A stretch of 19,929 bases of DNA, taken from assembly GCA_964583985.1 (NCBI GenBank), contig CAZOYD010000063.1, forward strand, positions 1-19,929, written 5' to 3'. The translations under genes were made by a program, and so were the position numbers. The DNA is from an uncultured archaeon. GTDB taxonomy: Archaea; Asgardarchaeota; Lokiarchaeia; Sigyniarchaeales; SOKP01. The notes under the pieces are model-generated. The model did no database searches. It was not told the DNA's origin and saw only the letters and a program-made list of their open reading frames with translations. Positions 16,430-19,929 of the stretch are shown here, piece by piece (positions within the stretch are counted from its first letter, which is position 1; each line of letters starts with the position of its first letter).

Positions 16430-17524
16430 ATGATTGCATTCATATACATTATAGTTCATTTATCAATAATTACCTTAAGTTTAATTACATTATATATAGA
16501 GAAGAAGAAATATAAACCCGAAAAGAATTTTCTATTTACAACTATTCTCGGGTACTTTCTCCAATCTATTTATTTCATAACTTTCATTCTTGCGACATTT
16601 ACTTTATTTAATCAAGATACAGCTCTCGTTTTTTGGTACTTATCTATATTTTTCCAAATTGCTTCGATAACATCATGGACCTCGTTTTTCATTCTTGAAT
16701 TACATAAAAATAGTCGATTTAAAATCATAGTCATTTTAATATATATCTTCTTTAGTGGTATTATTTTTGGATTTCTATATGATTCTCACTCGTTTAATTC
16801 TTCAATAATTGATGATAATATTAGTTATTCCTTTGTAAATCCTTTATTGTTAATTATGGTTATATCTTTTAATTTCAGTATAGCAATAGTTATGATAATA
16901 TCTCAAATTAGAGGTTATTCAAATTATCATGATGAAAAATTAGGGCAATTATATTATTTCTACACTAGTATGTATTCAACAATTATAATTTTATATTCCA
17001 TATTTTTAATCAATCAAAACGCATGGATCAAAAACGTTCATATAATCTTTTATTTACTTAATAATTCTTTTTTACTTTATATGGTAATAAAAAAACCCTC
17101 CCTTTTTAGAGTATTTACCAATAAACTCTATGATTTCATTATATTTCATAAATCAGGCATTTTACTCTATTCATATGATTTTGAAACGAAACAAGAGGTT
17201 GAGGAATCATTATTAAAAGGTAGTATTTTGATTGGAATTAACCATATTCTTTCTCATTTTTCTAATTTAGAAAATCAGGTTAGCGTGATAAAGATGAGTG
17301 ATCGCGGTATAATATTTAACTTTAATAATGAGCTTGGTTATGCAACTTTACTTATAGCAAAGCATAAGAATTCAATTTTAGAAAAAGCCGTGAATGAATT
17401 TAATATAAATTTTGCTAAGAATAACTTGGAGACATTGACCAATATTAAAGGTTTAATTGATGTTTCTAAATTTAGGAACACGTTTCAACTAATCCAAGAA
17501 TATTTTAAAGAATTTTTAGTATAA
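16430..17524 (+). CDS. 7TM membrane protein with C-terminal longin-like cytoplasmic domain (paralog 1)
   Basis: Seven hydrophobic segments, a KKP linker, then a ~135-aa domain starting FIIFHKSGILLYSYDF. That start matches the beta-hairpin '..hh...G..hh...F' opening of longin folds. Confidence 0.78.
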   Translation: MIAFIYIIVHLSIITLSLITLYIEKKKYKPEKNFLFTTILGYFLQSIYFITFILATFTLFNQDTALVFWYLSIFFQIASITSWTSFFILELHKNSRFKIIVILIYIFFSGIIFGFLYDSHSFNSSIIDDNISYSFVNPLLLIMVISFNFSIAIVMIISQIRGYSNYHDEKLGQLYYFYTSMYSTIIILYSIFLINQNAWIKNVHIIFYLLNNSFLLYMVIKKPSLFRVFTNKLYDFIIFHKSGILLYSYDFETKQEVEESLLKGSILIGINHILSHFSNLENQVSVIKMSDRGIIFNFNNELGYATLLIAKHKNSILEKAVNEFNINFAKNNLETLTNIKGLIDVSKFRNTFQLIQEYFKEFLV

Positions 17525-17652
17525 TCTTTATCTTTTTTGATTTTATTATTAACCAAATTCTTATAAACTACCATTTCTTCTATATTTAGAGAGGAAACTC
17601 AATAATATTTCGAAATTCGAATTTATTATCAAGTGAGAATATAGAAATTAGA

Positions 17653-18807
17653 ATGATAATGGATGATATTACTTCAATCTCGTTATTACTAGGCTATTTC
17701 ATTATGGCTGGTTTTACTTGTTATACTATATTCCATATCATCAAAAATCGTAAGGCTTTTGGTACTGATTTGATAGCGTATTTGAATTCTGCTACCATTT
17801 TAAGTGGGAATCTACTTTATTCAACATTTTTCATTTTTTCAATAATATTTCACTTTTCTGAAGAGATAAATTTAGATTTTTGGAAAGTATCGATAATTTT
17901 CGCAATTTTGTCGCTAATAATTACTACTTTTATTTATTCTTTCTTTATAGAATATCGAAAGATTCAAATTATACCTTTTTCAATCATTATTTTACTTTTC
18001 GGTTTAGTTTTTGGATTACTTCTTAGAAAAAATTCTATACTATTAAATGCACCCCCATTGGATCCCATTCCATTTATTATCCCGGATGTATCATTAATAA
18101 ATTTTCAATTTGAATTGTATACTGGAACTGTAATTATAATAACTGAGATTTCTTTACTTCTTTATTTATCCTACATTTCTTTAACGATATTAAGAAAAAC
18201 TAAAAGTTTGGAGAATAGTTTACCGTTATTTTTGAATACGATAATATTCGCTTTTCCTATTATCATGTATATTTTCTATATACTTATGCAAAAACCCTTA
18301 TTGAAAGAATTACACATAACATTGTTGTGGATAGCAAGTTGTACCATGAATATCATGCTTATCAAAAAGCCAGAAATTTTTTTTATTCTTCCAAACAAAA
18401 TTTATTCAATAAACATTTATCATAAGTCGGGAATTCTTTTATATACTTACAATTTCGGTGAGCTAGGCAGTCAAAGAACAGATTCCACAATTTGGGGTAA
18501 CATCTTAATTGGATTAAATCATATTCTTAGCGAATTTATAAATGTTAATGATAAAATTGATGTGATTAATACTAGAAATACTGATGTAATTGTTAAATAT
18601 GAAATTGAGGCAGGTTATGCCTTAATTGTAATAACCAATAGAAAAAACAAAATTATTGAAAGTTTAATAGAGCCTTTTTCTCAAGAATTTAAAAGCATTT
18701 ATAAAAAAGAACTGAATGATATTCAAGATCTCAATAGAATCATTGATGTGTCAGATTTTATTAATACTGAAGAAATTATAAAACATCATTTCGAATTATA
18801 TTTGTAA
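17653..18807 (+). CDS. 7TM membrane protein with C-terminal longin-like cytoplasmic domain (paralog 2)
   Basis: Same architecture as paralog 1. Shares KKP, HKSGILLY.Y.F, G.ILIG.NHILS.F, GYA and IDVS.F.NT with it. Confidence 0.78.
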   Translation: MIMDDITSISLLLGYFIMAGFTCYTIFHIIKNRKAFGTDLIAYLNSATILSGNLLYSTFFIFSIIFHFSEEINLDFWKVSIIFAILSLIITTFIYSFFIEYRKIQIIPFSIIILLFGLVFGLLLRKNSILLNAPPLDPIPFIIPDVSLINFQFELYTGTVIIITEISLLLYLSYISLTILRKTKSLENSLPLFLNTIIFAFPIIMYIFYILMQKPLLKELHITLLWIASCTMNIMLIKKPEIFFILPNKIYSINIYHKSGILLYTYNFGELGSQRTDSTIWGNILIGLNHILSEFINVNDKIDVINTRNTDVIVKYEIEAGYALIVITNRKNKIIESLIEPFSQEFKSIYKKELNDIQDLNRIIDVSDFINTEEIIKHHFELYL

Positions 18808-18853
18808 TGTAAGCATATAAAATATATATCCAATTGATAATTTCAATTATCAA

Positions 18854-19402
18854 ATGTCACTAAATTTTTGTCCCAAATGTGGTTTCAAGTTAGATGAGAA
18901 TTCTACGAATTGTGGAGAATGTGGATTGGATTTGACAACTAGAATTGAAAAAACCAATCAAAATTCTTCTCAAGAGATTCAAACTGACATTTATGCTGAT
19001 TTTCTCGAAAGATCATTAGCATGGTTTATTGATATCATAATTGTACTAGCAATAGTAATCCCTCTATCTATTTATGTTAATTTTGGATTATTTTATGTTT
19101 ATACTAATATTTATCTCTTTACTATTGGCTTTTTTTATTTTTGGCTCTTTGAAATTCTAAATAAAGGTCAAACTTTAGGGAGAATGGTTGTTAAAATCAG
19201 AGCTGTTGATGAAAAAACCTTAAAACCAACAAAACCGATAAGATATTTTATTAACAATGTGACTAAGCCAACACCTTTTTTGCTATTTGATCTTCTTCTC
19301 GGAATTATTGCTAACATTAATTCAACGGGATTTGTCAAGAAAAGATTAAGATTCGTTCAAAATATCACTGAAATTGCAATCATTAAGGTCAAAAAACTCT
19401 AA
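18854..19402 (+). CDS. Zinc-ribbon + RDD family membrane protein
   Basis: FCPKCG...CGECG zinc ribbon, followed by the RDD motifs ERSLAWFID and GQTLGRM..KIRAV. Confidence 0.88.
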   Translation: MSLNFCPKCGFKLDENSTNCGECGLDLTTRIEKTNQNSSQEIQTDIYADFLERSLAWFIDIIIVLAIVIPLSIYVNFGLFYVYTNIYLFTIGFFYFWLFEILNKGQTLGRMVVKIRAVDEKTLKPTKPIRYFINNVTKPTPFLLFDLLLGIIANINSTGFVKKRLRFVQNITEIAIIKVKKL

Positions 19403-19518
19403 TTAGGACTTTTAATTTTTTTATTTTTGCTAAATTACTAATTCTCTAACATGTAAACCTTTTTTAATGTGGTTTGCTATTCCTTGTATGATATATAGAT
19501 AATAATACATGTAAGAGG

Positions 19519-19743
19519 ATGAAAAAAATCGTGAATAAGATGGAGATTCAAGATAAGGAATGGGCTAAAGATTGGCAAATCATTGTATCGATTTTCGAAA
19601 AAATAGATGAATTGGAGAATTTATTTTCGAATTTGGATGTTTCATACTTACGAGAAATTCAACAAAAAATCCTAATCCTTAATCTTGAAAAATATGGATG
19701 GTCATTACAAAATTACATTATTGAGAAATACTCGCGGGCTTAA
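19519..19743 (+). CDS. Small helical hypothetical protein
   Basis: 74-aa ORF with protein-like composition (charged/amphipathic, three Trp). The start could be ATG 19519 or 19540. Confidence 0.7.
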   Translation: MKKIVNKMEIQDKEWAKDWQIIVSIFEKIDELENLFSNLDVSYLREIQQKILILNLEKYGWSLQNYIIEKYSRA

Positions 19744-19887
19744 ATCGTAAATTTTTTCTATCACAAAATTGCTTTTTAAGCATTCTTCTTCTTTAAAATC
19801 AATAAGATTATATTTAAAAGGTAAAAATTCTAATCTACTAATTATTACCATAAAATATTAACTTAATTAGACTATTAGGTAATAAAA

Positions 19888-19929
19888 ATGAGTGAACAAT
19901 TTAGTAAAGGTCAAAAAATAGCTTTTTCG
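19888..19929 (+). CDS. Start of a gene truncated by the window edge (MSEQFSKGQKIAFS; resembles GPH/MFS transporter N-termini)
   Basis: ATG preceded by AGGT and open to the end of the window. Only 14 codons are visible, so the product is a guess. Confidence 0.45.
   Translation, partial: MSEQFSKGQKIAFS

Noticed and set aside
1-19929. CRISPR array, tRNA/rRNA genes, IS elements, integrase
   Set aside because: I saw no regularly spaced direct repeats, no GC-rich structured RNA gene (including tRNA-Sec) and no transposase or integrase ORF. The intergenic gaps are short and AT-rich.

Overview
AT-rich archaeal DNA, very probably Asgard archaea (Lokiarchaeia/Promethearchaeia-like). This rests on a Rag-type GTPase, a roadblock-Rab-like GTPase fusion, 7TM-longin-like membrane proteins, an aSelBL factor and GGTGA/GGAGG Shine-Dalgarno motifs. 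From left to right the window holds: an isoprenoid operon (geranylgeranyl reductase, polyprenyl diphosphate synthase, partial ubiX), a stand-alone 7TM protein, a GH38 alpha-mannosidase, an amber-interrupted DUF998 gene, an alkaline-phosphatase-superfamily enzyme, aSelBL, two small-GTPase genes flanking a hypothetical gene, two unannotated paralogous ~50-aa ORFs, an orphan N6-adenine methyltransferase, TsaA/TrmO, two tandem 7TM-longin-like paralogs, a Zn-ribbon RDD protein, a small hypothetical and the start of another gene. The most striking signal is the hypothetical gene between the two GTPases (11234..12160, minus strand). It has a strong SD, then an in-frame TGA at codon 14, and a eukaryote-type SECIS-like hairpin (AUGA..9-bp stem..AAAA..GA) starting 13 nt after its stop codon. 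It is therefore a candidate unrecognised selenoprotein in a small-GTPase signalling neighbourhood. All family calls come from motif recognition by eye; no database searches were run.
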